A stretch of 64,000 nt of DNA from positions 160,001-224,000 of the forward strand of contig CAWJPJ010000005.1 in assembly GCA_963844715.1 (NCBI GenBank). Direction: 5' to 3'. The position numbers and the translations under genes are program-made. The notes beneath the pieces were generated by a model. The model saw only the letters and a list, made by a program, of their open reading frames with translations, did not search any database and was not told where the DNA came from. Of the stretch, positions 22,613-32,279 are shown piece by piece (the first letter of the stretch is position 1; each line of letters opens with the position of its first letter). This DNA is from an uncultured Phycisphaerales bacterium (GTDB taxonomy: Bacteria; Planctomycetota; Phycisphaerae; Tepidisphaerales; Tepidisphaeraceae).

Positions 22613-23000
22613 GACTCTGCTCCTTTAAACGGGGTTGATGTTTGGACGCGGCCGGATCGTGGGCCGCGCGTTGTTTGGCTTTTCGTTCGGCGGCTTCCTT
22701 GATGCCGTCGAGATGTTCGGTCCAGAAGCGCTCGAAGTTTTGAATCCAGTCGTGCACAGGTTTGAGCTCCTTCGGGTTGAGCCGATACAGGCGATGTTGC
22801 CCCGCTTTGTGAACCGCAACGACACCCACCTTTCGCAGCACGCCCAGGTGCTTCGAAACAGCCGGCTGGGGCAGGCCGAGCTTGATGACCAGCTCCGTCA
22901 CATTACGTTCGTCCCCCAGGGCCAGGTAATCGACAATCTCCCGCCGCCGGGGCTCGGCAATGGCGTTGAACACATCCGAGGTCGTGGCGGCTCGAGGCAT
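22602..23000 (-). CDS. ArsR/SmtB family transcriptional regulator
   Basis: DVFNAIAEPRRREI...QPAVSKHLGVLRKVG...RLYRL. Confidence 0.92.
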   Translation of the reverse strand: MPRAATTSDVFNAIAEPRRREIVDYLALGDERNVTELVIKLGLPQPAVSKHLGVLRKVGVVAVHKAGQHRLYRLNPKELKPVHDWIQNFERFWTEHLDGIKEAAERKAKQRAAHDPAASKHQPRLKEQSHGQ

Positions 23001-23006
23001 GGGATT

Positions 23007-23034
23007 AGTATATTCTCGTATGGGAATATGTCAA
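23007..23034 (-). promoter_or_regulatory. Sigma70 promoter with overlapping operator; probably leaderless
   Basis: TTGACA-N16-TATACT ending 6 nt before the ArsR ATG; palindrome ATATTC-N8-GAATAT at 23010-23029. Confidence 0.75.
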
Positions 23035-23270
23035 GGAAAAATATTTGGGTGGGTTGGAAATCCTCCATCGGGCTCGATCGGAACGCCGCTGGGCTCAACA
23101 TAGGGAAGTTATCGCACATGCCGTTTGGCTGGAACGAAAAGCCAGGTCGGCCACGCAGCGCGTCGATCCGGGCCGCTAACGGAAATCGAATTTTGTAGGA
23201 TTGTTCGACCGTTGCTCTTTGAGATTTGATCGGGCTACCATTACCTCGATCAATTTGGAGTGAATCCAAC

Positions 23271-24023
23271 ATGCCATCAAAACTTTCTCGAAAAGTCGCG
23301 GTTGTGACCGGTGCATCCAAAGGACTCGGTGCGGAAATTGCTCGGCAGCTTGCAAGCGAAGGAGCTTCGGTTGTCGTCAATTATTCGACCAGCCGGTCGG
23401 GCGCCGACAAAGTCGTAGCCGACATCACCTCCAAAGGCGGCAAGGCCATTGCCGTCCAGGCTGATGTATCGAAGGCTTCGGATGTAAAGCGATTGTTCGC
23501 GGAGACGAAGAAGGCGTTCGGGCGACTGGATGTGCTGGTCAACAACGCGGGCATTTATCAGTTTGCACCGCTGGAGGAAATCACCCCCGAAGATTTTCAC
23601 AAGCATTTCGACCTCAATGTACTGGGCGTGATCCTGACGACCCAGGAGGCGGTCAAGCTTTTCGGACCTGACGGGGGAAGCATCGTGAATATCAGTTCCA
23701 TGGCGTCCACCGAGTCGTTGCCCAGCTGCGGTGTCTACGCGGCGTCAAAAGCCGCCGTTAATTCCCTGACGCGGGTTTTCGCAGCCGAGCTAGGTGGCAG
23801 GAAAATCCGCGTCAACACGGTTGCCTGCGGCCCGGTAGCAACCGAAGGCGCCGTCGAATTCAGCGATCCCAACAGCGACTTTTATAAAATGTACGTGGCA
23901 AGGGCGAAGCTCGGCCGCATTGGTCAACCGAACGACATCGCTCCGGCCGTCGTCTATTTCGCGTCGGACGATTCGAAGTGGGTGACCGGCGAAACGCTTT
24001 TTGTCACGGGGGGATTCGGATAG
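23271..24023 (+). CDS. Short-chain dehydrogenase/reductase
   Basis: TGASKGLG, NNAG, YAASK and WVTGETL. Confidence 0.92.
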   Translation: MPSKLSRKVAVVTGASKGLGAEIARQLASEGASVVVNYSTSRSGADKVVADITSKGGKAIAVQADVSKASDVKRLFAETKKAFGRLDVLVNNAGIYQFAPLEEITPEDFHKHFDLNVLGVILTTQEAVKLFGPDGGSIVNISSMASTESLPSCGVYAASKAAVNSLTRVFAAELGGRKIRVNTVACGPVATEGAVEFSDPNSDFYKMYVARAKLGRIGQPNDIAPAVVYFASDDSKWVTGETLFVTGGFG

Positions 24024-24060
24024 CTCGCAAATTGCCTTGGCCATTCATCGGGAGAGATTC

Positions 24061-24507
24061 ATGCTCGCTGAAACTTCGAATCAGTCCCACTTGCGTCGCT
24101 CGGCACAGATCCTTGGGTATACGACACTCCGACTGGCGATGGGAATGAGCATGGCGATGCACGGGCTGGCCCGCATGCCCAAATATCGTGTGTTTATCGA
24201 CGGGACGCTGAAGCTCTTCGCCCATTCGCCGCTGCCGGCGCCGGCGGTACGCGCGTTCGCGGGAATCACGCCATTTGCCGAGCTGCTAATCGGCATTCTT
24301 GTTTTTTTCGGATTCCGGACCCTGTTAGGCCTTACGCTCGGGGGCCTCTGGATGGTCATCCTGATATTCGGCAGCACCCTCATCGAAAACTATGAGGTTG
24401 TCAGTATTCAGCTACTCTACTCCCTGATCTTCTTTCTTCTCCTCCAACATTTGGACCAAAATATCATTTCGGTCGACGGGCTGATTATTCGCCGACGGGC
24501 AACCTAA
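24061..24507 (+). CDS. DoxX family membrane protein
   Basis: LRLAMGMSMAMHG, ELLIGILVFFGFRT and SVD; four hydrophobic segments. Confidence 0.8.
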   Translation: MLAETSNQSHLRRSAQILGYTTLRLAMGMSMAMHGLARMPKYRVFIDGTLKLFAHSPLPAPAVRAFAGITPFAELLIGILVFFGFRTLLGLTLGGLWMVILIFGSTLIENYEVVSIQLLYSLIFFLLLQHLDQNIISVDGLIIRRRAT

Positions 24508-24519
24508 TAAACACGTAAT

Positions 24520-24651
24520 AAGGTGACATCCATAATTTCCATGGGATTTCGAAAACCACCGCCCGCGATGACCGGGTCAATCGTTGAAGATTTCGCCGAT
24601 AAATTGGCAATCGGATTTCGGCGGATACCGAATTGATGGATGTCACCTTTT
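24520..24651. repeat. Junction motif copies 2 and 3 as an inverted pair (MITE-like, 132 bp)
   Basis: AAGGTGACATCCAT at 24520-24533 and GATGGATGTCACCTTTT at 24635-24651. Confidence 0.8.
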
Positions 24652-25074
24652 AGCCTTTTCTGACTTGGAAGCAATACGGGCGCTCTATCAGCATCTGCAT
24701 CCTTCGGATCCAATGCTGCCGACCGGCGAATTGCGCGAGGCCTGGCATGCGCTGCTGGGAAATCCATCGGTTCATTGCCTTGTCGGAGAAATCGAAGGGG
24801 TCCTTGTTTCGACATGCACACTTGTGCTCGTACCCAACCTGACCCGATCGGCCCGCCCCTACGGTTTTATCGAGAATGTTGTCACGCACGAGGCGCACCG
24901 GCGAAAAGGTCTGGGAACTGCAATTCTAAAAGGCGCCTCGATCTGGCATGGGGCCAAGGCTGCTACAAAGTCATGCTGATGACCGGCTCGACCAAAGAGC
25001 AAACCCTGCGATTTTACGAGCATGCGGGATTTCGGCGAGGTGAAAAGACCGCGTTCGTCGCCCGCCCTGGCTGA
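24652..25074 (+). pseudogene. GNAT acetyltransferase lacking a normal start; frameshift ~24935
   Basis: FSDLEAIRALY...VPNLTRSARPYGFIENVVTH...RRKGLG...GCYKVMLMTG...FYEHAGF. Recognisable homology begins immediately after the motif. Confidence 0.75.
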
Positions 25075-25274
25075 CTCCAGACCGTTCCCCTCGCGGCAGC
25101 GTCCGCAAAACGGATTCGACCGTGACTTATCAGATCCGGGTGGCCGCACACCAATCGAACTGTTTGCCTGCTTTTTCGCGAAATTCGGAGGCTTCGGCTT
25201 CGTCACAATAACGGCCACGTAACGTCACGGCTGTCAATATCCGCCCATCGCGCTTCCCCGTCACATGGTTCTTC

Positions 25275-26210
25275 GTGCTGCTTTTCGCGCTCGCGGCAGT
25301 GCGGACGTCTCTCTTTCGTTTTGTCCCGCCATCTGTCGTTCCGTATGTCCTCTGGCCTTACTTATTTAGCCCGAGCCTCGTTGGTCTGATCATGATTCTG
25401 TGGCTGCAGGGCCTCCCGGGGATTCGAAGAGTAGTCCAAAAGCTGACTCCCCGGGCGGTTGGGCGAGCTTGGCCGATGCTGGCAATCTGCGTGCTTTTGC
25501 CATTGGCGTGCCTGCCGCTGTTCATCGCTCTCCTAGCCGCGTGCGGCACCCCCGCTCCGTCCCTGTGGAGGATCAACCTTTCAGCATATTTCTACGCCGC
25601 GTTCATCAGCAAGGGATTGCTCGGGCCGGGAATTATCGAGGAGATCGGCTGGCGCGGATTCGCTTTGCCATATCTTCAGCGTCGTTACACCGCCTTGGCA
25701 AGCAGCGTCATTATTGGCGTCGCGTGGGCGCTGTGGCACGTTCCGTTTCTCGTGAACGAAAGCCCCGTACCCTGGCGATACGTGGCGCTGTTCATCCCCC
25801 AAGTCATCGTATATTCGATCCTCTTCACGTGGGTTTACAACACAACCGGTGGAAGCCTGCTCGCGGTGATCCTGCTGCACGGAGCCATCAACGCCCGGCA
25901 ATTTCTGGCCGATTGGCGCCTTCTGCCGGACACGGCCACGACGCAAATCCTGGAGGGGATGCCGTTTCTCCTCATAGCGGTCGCCATATTGCGGCGATAT
26001 GGGCCTTCAACTCTGTCTCGATGCGAGCGTGTCGCGGCGCCATTACCTGAGTCGTTGAATTCGCGGGCGACACCAACATCGATGGATGTCACCTTTTACT
26101 CCCACCCTTTAGCCGCTTCTATTTTTGGCCGCGCCCGTGTTCCGCAACCGCCCAAAGGCGGAGGTCTCCGAAAAGTTTCGCGAGTGCCGCAGGCTGGTAG
26201 TGGGCGTTAA
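25275..26210 (+). CDS. CPBP/CAAX (Abi) intramembrane metalloprotease; start and end uncertain
   Basis: EEIGWRG, WALWHVP and ILLHGAIN motifs. The frame runs through the motif into convergent mug. Confidence 0.85.
   Translation: MLLFALAAVRTSLFRFVPPSVVPYVLWPYLFSPSLVGLIMILWLQGLPGIRRVVQKLTPRAVGRAWPMLAICVLLPLACLPLFIALLAACGTPAPSLWRINLSAYFYAAFISKGLLGPGIIEEIGWRGFALPYLQRRYTALASSVIIGVAWALWHVPFLVNESPVPWRYVALFIPQVIVYSILFTWVYNTTGGSLLAVILLHGAINARQFLADWRLLPDTATTQILEGMPFLLIAVAILRRYGPSTLSRCERVAAPLPESLNSRATPTSMDVTFYSHPLAASIFGRARVPQPPKGGGLRKVSRVPQAGSGR
26081..26097 (+). repeat. Junction motif copy 4
   Basis: GATGGATGTCACCTTTT. Confidence 0.85.
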
Positions 26211-26704
26211 TCCCGCTGGGGTTCGGAAGAACCCAGGCGTGGCTCCCGCCGAAAAGCGGCTTTTGCAGCCCGACGCGGGCGTCTTTGATGCCGGAGACGA
26301 CTCGATAGGGATGAATGCCGACAAACGCGACCACCGTCGGCCGCCAGCGCCTGACTTTCGCCTCAAGCCGCCGCCCGCCGGCGCGAAGTTCGTCGTCGGT
26401 CAGTTCATCCGCCCGCGCGGTCGCGCGCCGGACGATGTTGGTGATCCCGAACCCGAGGTCCAGAAGAAGCGATTCTTCAAACGGCGAGAACAGCCGCGGC
26501 GTGAATCCGCCGTCGTAAAGAGCCGGCCAGAATCGATTACCAGGCCGCCCGAAGTGACGCCCAATCGCGGTGGTGTACAGCCCGGGATTGATCCCCGCGA
26601 AAAGGACGATGAGGTCTTTGGCCGCAAGATCCGAGATGAACTTCCCGCGCGGCCAGGAGCTGCGCTTTCGTGGGTTTCCAGGGAGTGGGTAATGTCCGAT
26701 CCAT
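26119..26704 (-). CDS. mug: G/U mismatch-specific uracil-DNA glycosylase (apparent frameshift ~26645)
   Basis: GINPG, HFGRPGNRFW, GITN and LPNPSG. The N-terminus MDRTLPTPWKPTKAQLLAAR is in another frame. Confidence 0.88.
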
Positions 26705-26875
26705 AGGCCGGCGTCCTCGAAGGGCATCCTGCGGCAATCGGAAGACTGTAGCGGGGCAATCTCAGAAAGAGAATCCAGTTGGAGAATCCAGTTGACCTGC
26801 TGCGGCAAAAGTTACCGCCGGGACCGGGAATGAATCGGAGGGAATCAAAAAAAAGGGAGAAAAAAGGAGAAAGAA

Positions 26876-26892
26876 AAAAGGTGACATCCATC
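26876..26892 (-). repeat. Junction motif copy 5
   Basis: AAAAGGTGACATCCATC, preceded by reiterated AAAAAGG units. Confidence 0.85.
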
Positions 26893-26933
26893 ATTTCGAC
26901 GGTGCTCAAAATTCGCGGGCCTCTCACAGTGGG

Positions 26934-29769
26934 TCAATCGTCCAAGATTTCATCGATGAGTTGCGAATCCGGTGTCGTCGAACCGGTGTCCGCGTCGCTC
27001 GCGCCGCCTTGCGACGCCCTCGCCGCCACAAAAGCAGGCGAAATGGTGTCCGGCGTCTCCACCGCGGCCGGCGCTGCGGCGGGTTGCGTCGTCGTCGGCA
27101 CAACCGCCGGCGTGAGCGAAATCCACGAAAACCACTCGCGCCATTTCAGTGGAATAGCCAGGACTTCAAACGAGTTAGTCGAGCTTGCGGTAAGAGAGCC
27201 GTCCGTGAAGTTGAAGGTAAACGTGCCGCGTTGCGCGGGGTAGAGATTGTTGAAGTGTGCGTAGCCGCCGGCGACTTGGGCGGTGGTGTTGCCGTTGAGG
27301 GGGACGTCAGGGGTCGCGGTCACGCTCACCGTCGAGGCATCGTTCGTCGCCAGGTTCCCAAATTGATCCTCCAGCGCCAGAACCGTGTCCAGCGAGACGG
27401 GACCATATTGCCCGGCTACGAAATTCTGCGCCACGATCTGCATCTGTGTAGCCGCCCCGGCGGAGACGCTAAAACTGCTAGACGTAGCCACAGCGAGGGA
27501 GCCGTCCGTGGCTTCGACCGTATACGTGCCGGCTTTGGTGATCGTGAGATTGCCGAACGTCGCCTGCCCGCTGACGGCCGCGGCTGTGGTCGTGCCAGAT
27601 AAAGTTCCAGGGCCGCTGGCAACCGCGATCGTCACGCTCGACGAATCGCCGCCGATCACATTTCCAAACTGATCTTCAACATCAACCGTCACCGCCGGCG
27701 AGATCGCATCCCCCGCGACAACGTCCGTCGGTTGCTGCACAAACGCCAACCGTTCCGCCGTAGCCGGCGAGACCGTGAAGCCGACCGAAGTCGCGGCCGT
27801 CAGCGCGCCATCCGCGGCAGTGAGCGTGTAAGTTCCCGCTGCGTCGATGACAAGATTGCTGAAAGTCGCCACGCCGCTCACGGCCGCGACTGTTACGGTT
27901 CCGCTCACGGCCCCAGGCCCGGTCGCGACGGAAATCGTGACATTGGAATTGTTGGTCGTGACAAGATTCCCATCCGGGTCTTCCAAATCGACGACCAGCG
28001 CCGGCGCGATATCAGCCCCCGCGACAACATCGCTGGGTCCCTGCACAATAATCAACTGAGACGCGGCCGCGGCCGTAATGGTAAAGCTGTTGGAAGTCGC
28101 GCCGGCGAGCGACCCGTCGGCGCCCTCGAGGGTGTAAGCCCCAGGGTGGTTCACCGAAAGATTGCTGAATGTGGCCACACCGTCCACGGCGGCGACCGTC
28201 GTTGTGCCGGACAAAGTCCCCGAGCCGCTGGCCAGCGACAGGGTCACGTCCGACGAATCGGTGGTCACAACATTTCCGAATTGATCCTCGACATCGATGG
28301 TAACGGCGGGCGTGATAGACGCTCCAGCCGAGACGCCGGTCGGCTGCTGCGAAAACGCAAGTTGTGCGGCGGCGCCAGCCGAGACCGTGAAGCTGCTTGA
28401 TGTCGCTTTGTCGAGGCTATCGTCGCTTGCGGTGAGCGTATAAGTCCCGGCCTCGTCAATTTTGACATCGCTGAAAGTCGCCACGCCGTTCACCGCGTTA
28501 ACGGTTACCGTGCCGGTCAGCGTGCCTGGCCCGGTGTTCACGGCAAGGGTGACGCTCGAATCATCGGTCGTGACGATGTTGCCATTGGAATCCTCGACAT
28601 CGACGACCAGCGACGGCGAAATCGCGCTCCCGGCGGTTGCATTCGATGGCTGCACATTAAACGCCAATTCCGCGGCGACGGGTCCCGACCCGCCTTCGGT
28701 GATATTGCTGCCGACGAGAGCCGAGATAATTTTTTCGCCGATCGGGCTCCCCAGGCCGGTATTACCGAAGCCGGTGATGGCATTGAAATCCGTCGAAGGC
28801 AGCCCCTCGATATCCGGGATGGTTTGCGAAGGACCGTCGAGGGAAGAAAGCCCGAGGAGTGCCCGGCCCTGATCGGCCAGAGCGATAATGGCCGCCCACT
28901 GCGGCGTGCCGGCGCTGGTTCCGCCAACAACCTCCCATCCGGATTCGCCTTGATACTCGAGGGAATCGTAAACGAGAAAGCCCGTATTCGGGTCGGCATC
29001 ATAGGAAACGTCCGGCGTGGTCGTCCCCTCGTAGGGGCTGGTTCCGCCGCCGCTGTCGACCCACGGAGATTCGCTCAGCCAATTGCCCGAATTATCGACT
29101 TCCAATGTCGTTCCACCGACGGCCAAAACATTGGGGGACGTCGAAGGGAAATTCGTCTCCCCGTCATCCCCCGACGCGGCCAGGAAAGTAATGCCCGCGT
29201 GTCCGGAAGGCGTGGTGAAATCATGATCGTAAGCGGTCTCGCCCGAGAACTCGGGGGACGATCCCCAGCTCATGGAGACGGCCACCACGCCGGTCTGCGA
29301 GGCCGCCCAGGTTTCGGCCTGGGTGAGCGCCGAGATGCTCGTGGAATTCGCTTCGACGAGCATGATGTTGGCCTCGGGCGCAATGGCGTGGGCCCATTCA
29401 ACGTCGAGAGATTCTTCCAGCCCCCAGCCTGCGTCGGGGGAGACGGCGCCCTCGGGCGTTTCGACGGTCAGGACAAATTCCCCGTTGGCGTTGTCGTTGG
29501 TGATGCCGAAGTTGGCGTCGAAGGTTTCCAGATCGCTGACGATGTTGGGGTCCCCGTAGGCATCCACGATGGCGATCGTCTCCCCCGCCGCCGGTGGCGT
29601 TCACGGTCTGGCCGTTGTATCTGAATATGATGTCTTTGAGTTGGTACGCCTGCTCGATCATGGCGGGGGAGAGGCCGCCGGGCGAGCCGGACGTATCGAC
29701 GGAAAACAGCAGCCTCCGCTCGAGGCGCTCGATGGCGACCCTGGCATGCTTGCGCTGAAGCGGGATCAT
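26934..29769 (-). CDS. Secreted S53 (sedolisin-like) peptidase with LEPR-XLL signal and four or five Ig-like repeats (apparent frameshift ~29590)
   Basis: IERLERRLLFS; EESLDVEWAH, ASGDDG and GGTSAGTP catalytic motifs; LAFxQQP...VEDQFGN repeats. Confidence 0.85.
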
Positions 29770-29969
29770 GGACCCTCCCACGGGGGAGATTTTAGCAAAA
29801 AAGCCGGCCAGGGCCGCCACGGTAAACAAGGCCTGGGCAACACTACATAGGCCTGTGACGAATCCCTGACCGGTTGACTGAGGTTGGCAAATTAGGGGAT
29901 GCCGCCTTAAGAGATGGTGAAGAAGACAGGTATTTTTGAATCGAAGAATACTTTTTTTCGCCAGCCGGA

Positions 29970-29988
29970 TTCTTCATGTATTCTTAAG
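29970..29988 (+). promoter_or_regulatory. OmpR/QseB-type direct-repeat box
   Basis: TTCTTCAT and TTCTTAAG at 11-bp spacing upstream of an OmpR-family regulator. Confidence 0.45.
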
Positions 29989-30028
29989 GTGTGCGAACGT
30001 AAGGTGTGACTTCGTGTTAGAATACCTG

Positions 30029-30070
30029 CCCCCCCACCCCAACCCTCCCCCCGAGTACAGGTGGAGGGGG
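30029..30070 (+). repeat. REP-like element (CCCACCCCAACCCTCCCC-GAGTAC-GGAGGGGG)
   Basis: Hairpin; matches the reverse complement of 32318-32356 and resembles 58191-58235. Confidence 0.7.
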
Positions 30071-30120
30071 AAGAAGGCGAGCGCACTTTTAATGGGAAAT
30101 GAATAAGTGGGTCCAGGCTG

Positions 30121-30825
30121 ATGAGAGTATTGGTCGTAGAAGATGAAGTCGATTTGCGGCGCGTTCTGGCGAGCGCGCTTATGGAGCAGGGGTACGCCGT
30201 CGACACGGCCGGCACGGGCCGCGAGGGATTGTTCAAGGCAACCGGGTGGCCCTACGACGCGATCATTCTGGATCTCATGCTCCCGGAGTTGGACGGGTTC
30301 GAGGTTCTCAAATCGCTGCGCAGCCAGGGGCATCTGACGCCGGTACTGATTCTGACGGCCCGCGACGCGGTGCGCGATCGCGTGCAGGGGCTTGATTTGG
30401 GCGCGACGATTATCTGGCCAAGCCGTTTGAACTGGCAGAATTGCTGGCGCGCCTGCTGCGCCATGACGCGGCGCGCCGCAGGCAAGGCGAGCGCTGTCAT
30501 CGAAATCGACGACATCCGCATCGATACCGCTTCGCAATCGGTCTATCAATCGGGCGAGCCGGTCTCCCTCACGCCGCGCGAATACGCGCTGGTTCAATTG
30601 CTCGCACTGCACCGCGGCGAGTTGATCTCCCGGCCGGCGATTTACGACCACCTTTTCGACGAGGAGGACGACAGCCTGTCGAACCTTGTCGATGTGCACG
30701 TTTCCAATATTCGCAAAAAATTGGGCAAGGATTTCATCGTCACGCGCCGCGGGCAGGGCTATTTGATTCAGCAGGGGGAAACCGAGGCGGCGGTCAACGC
30801 CAGCTCAGGGCGGAAACATGTTTAA
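30121..30825 (+). CDS. OmpR-family response regulator (local frame disturbance ~30405-30455)
   Basis: MRVLVVEDE, LDLMLPELDG, LTPREY, VDVHVSNIRKK and TRRGQGY. Confidence 0.9.
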   Translation: MRVLVVEDEVDLRRVLASALMEQGYAVDTAGTGREGLFKATGWPYDAIILDLMLPELDGFEVLKSLRSQGHLTPVLILTARDAVRDRVQGLDLGATIIWPSRLNWQNCWRACCAMTRRAAGKASAVIEIDDIRIDTASQSVYQSGEPVSLTPREYALVQLLALHRGELISRPAIYDHLFDEEDDSLSNLVDVHVSNIRKKLGKDFIVTRRGQGYLIQQGETEAAVNASSGRKHV

Positions 30826-32279
30826 GTCGATCGGTTGGACGCTTCAGCTTTGGCACGCCGGCATTTTGCTCGCCGCGATGGCGGGCCTGGGGTCCACCCT
30901 TTATCTGACGGCTTACCGCACGACCTACACCCAAGTGGACAGCGAATTGGAAAGCGCGGCCAGGGTCTTTGCGGGGCCGGGGGTCGCGCAACCGGCAGCC
31001 GCGCCCGCGCATACGCGCATTGAACTGGCTCAAGACCGTGCCGCGGGACTGCCTGAATCGGCTCGGATGGGACGCCGGCGATCAGCCTTACTTTATTGTG
31101 TGGGGGGCGGATGGGTCGGTGATTCGCAGTTCCGATCCGACTCCGGCGATTGCGTATCCCGGAAAATCCCCCGCCGACGTGCCGGTGCGCCAGCGCGGGA
31201 ATCTTCGCGAAGCGGTCATGCCGGGAGCGGAAGATTCGACGATTCTCGTCGGACGGTCGGTTTTGCGCGAAGAGGGAAGCCTGGCGAGCTTGCGATGGAG
31301 CCTGGTGGGAGCGGGCGGCACAATTCTTGCGGTCGGATTAGTCGGCGGGTGGATCGTTTCGCGGCGGGTGCTCTCGCCCATCAAGCAGATCAGCGACGCG
31401 GCCCGGGCCATCTCGGGTTCTGATCTTTCGCGAAGAATCGATCTCGGCCGGATGAAGAGCGAACTCGCCTCTCTGGCGCAAACGCTGAACGAAACATTCG
31501 ACCGGCTCGAAGGGGCGTTTTACAGGCAGGTGCAGTTTGTCGCGGATGCGTCGCATGAATTGCGCACCCCGCTGTCCATCATCCATACCAGTAGCGAAGT
31601 CGCGCTCAATCGCCTGCGCACGCCGGATGAATATCGCGAAGCGATCGAGACCAATCTGCGGACGTCCCGGCGGATGAAGTCCCTGGTCGAGTCGCTGCTG
31701 ATCCTGGCCAGCGCCGATGCCGATGCGCTGGAACTGAAATACGACCGGGTGGACCTGCGACAAATTGCCAACGAATCCGCGATGATGCTCGCGCCGATGG
31801 CCATGCAGCGAAACGTGACCTTTCAAGTTGCGGGGGAATCCGTGGTTGTTTCAGCGGACCGGAACCGGATCGGGCAGCTCATCACCAATCTTTTCAGCAA
31901 CGCGATCAAGTATAATCGCCAGGGCGGCAGCGTGACGATCAGCGTGGCGGAGGGGGACACGGCCGCTTTGGTGAAAGTGATCGATACGGGGATCGGCATC
32001 TCCATGGAAGATCAGCCCCACGTTTTCGAGCGATTTTTCCGGGCCGACAAAGCCCGCTCGCGCGAGTCGGGCGGCTGCGGCCTCGGGCTGGCGATCTGCC
32101 AAAGCATCGTCCTGGCCCACGGCGGAAGCATCTCGTTCTCCAGCGAGCCGGGCAAAGGGACCCAATTCACGGTGAGATTGCCCATCTGCCGCGACGAACG
32201 CCCCATCTCAACCCCGGTCCCGGTATCAGCAGAAGGATCTGAACCATGCACAAACGAAAAAACTCCATCGAACGTGTAA
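30818..32279 (+). CDS. HAMP-domain sensor histidine kinase (apparent frameshift ~31010)
   Basis: Two TMs, HAMP, ASHELRTPL, NAIKY, DTGIG and GLGLAI. Confidence 0.9.

Noticed and set aside
18457..26892. Integron cassette array
   Set aside because: No integrase, no attC-like RYYYAAC...GTTRRRY hairpins seen, and genes lie on both strands.
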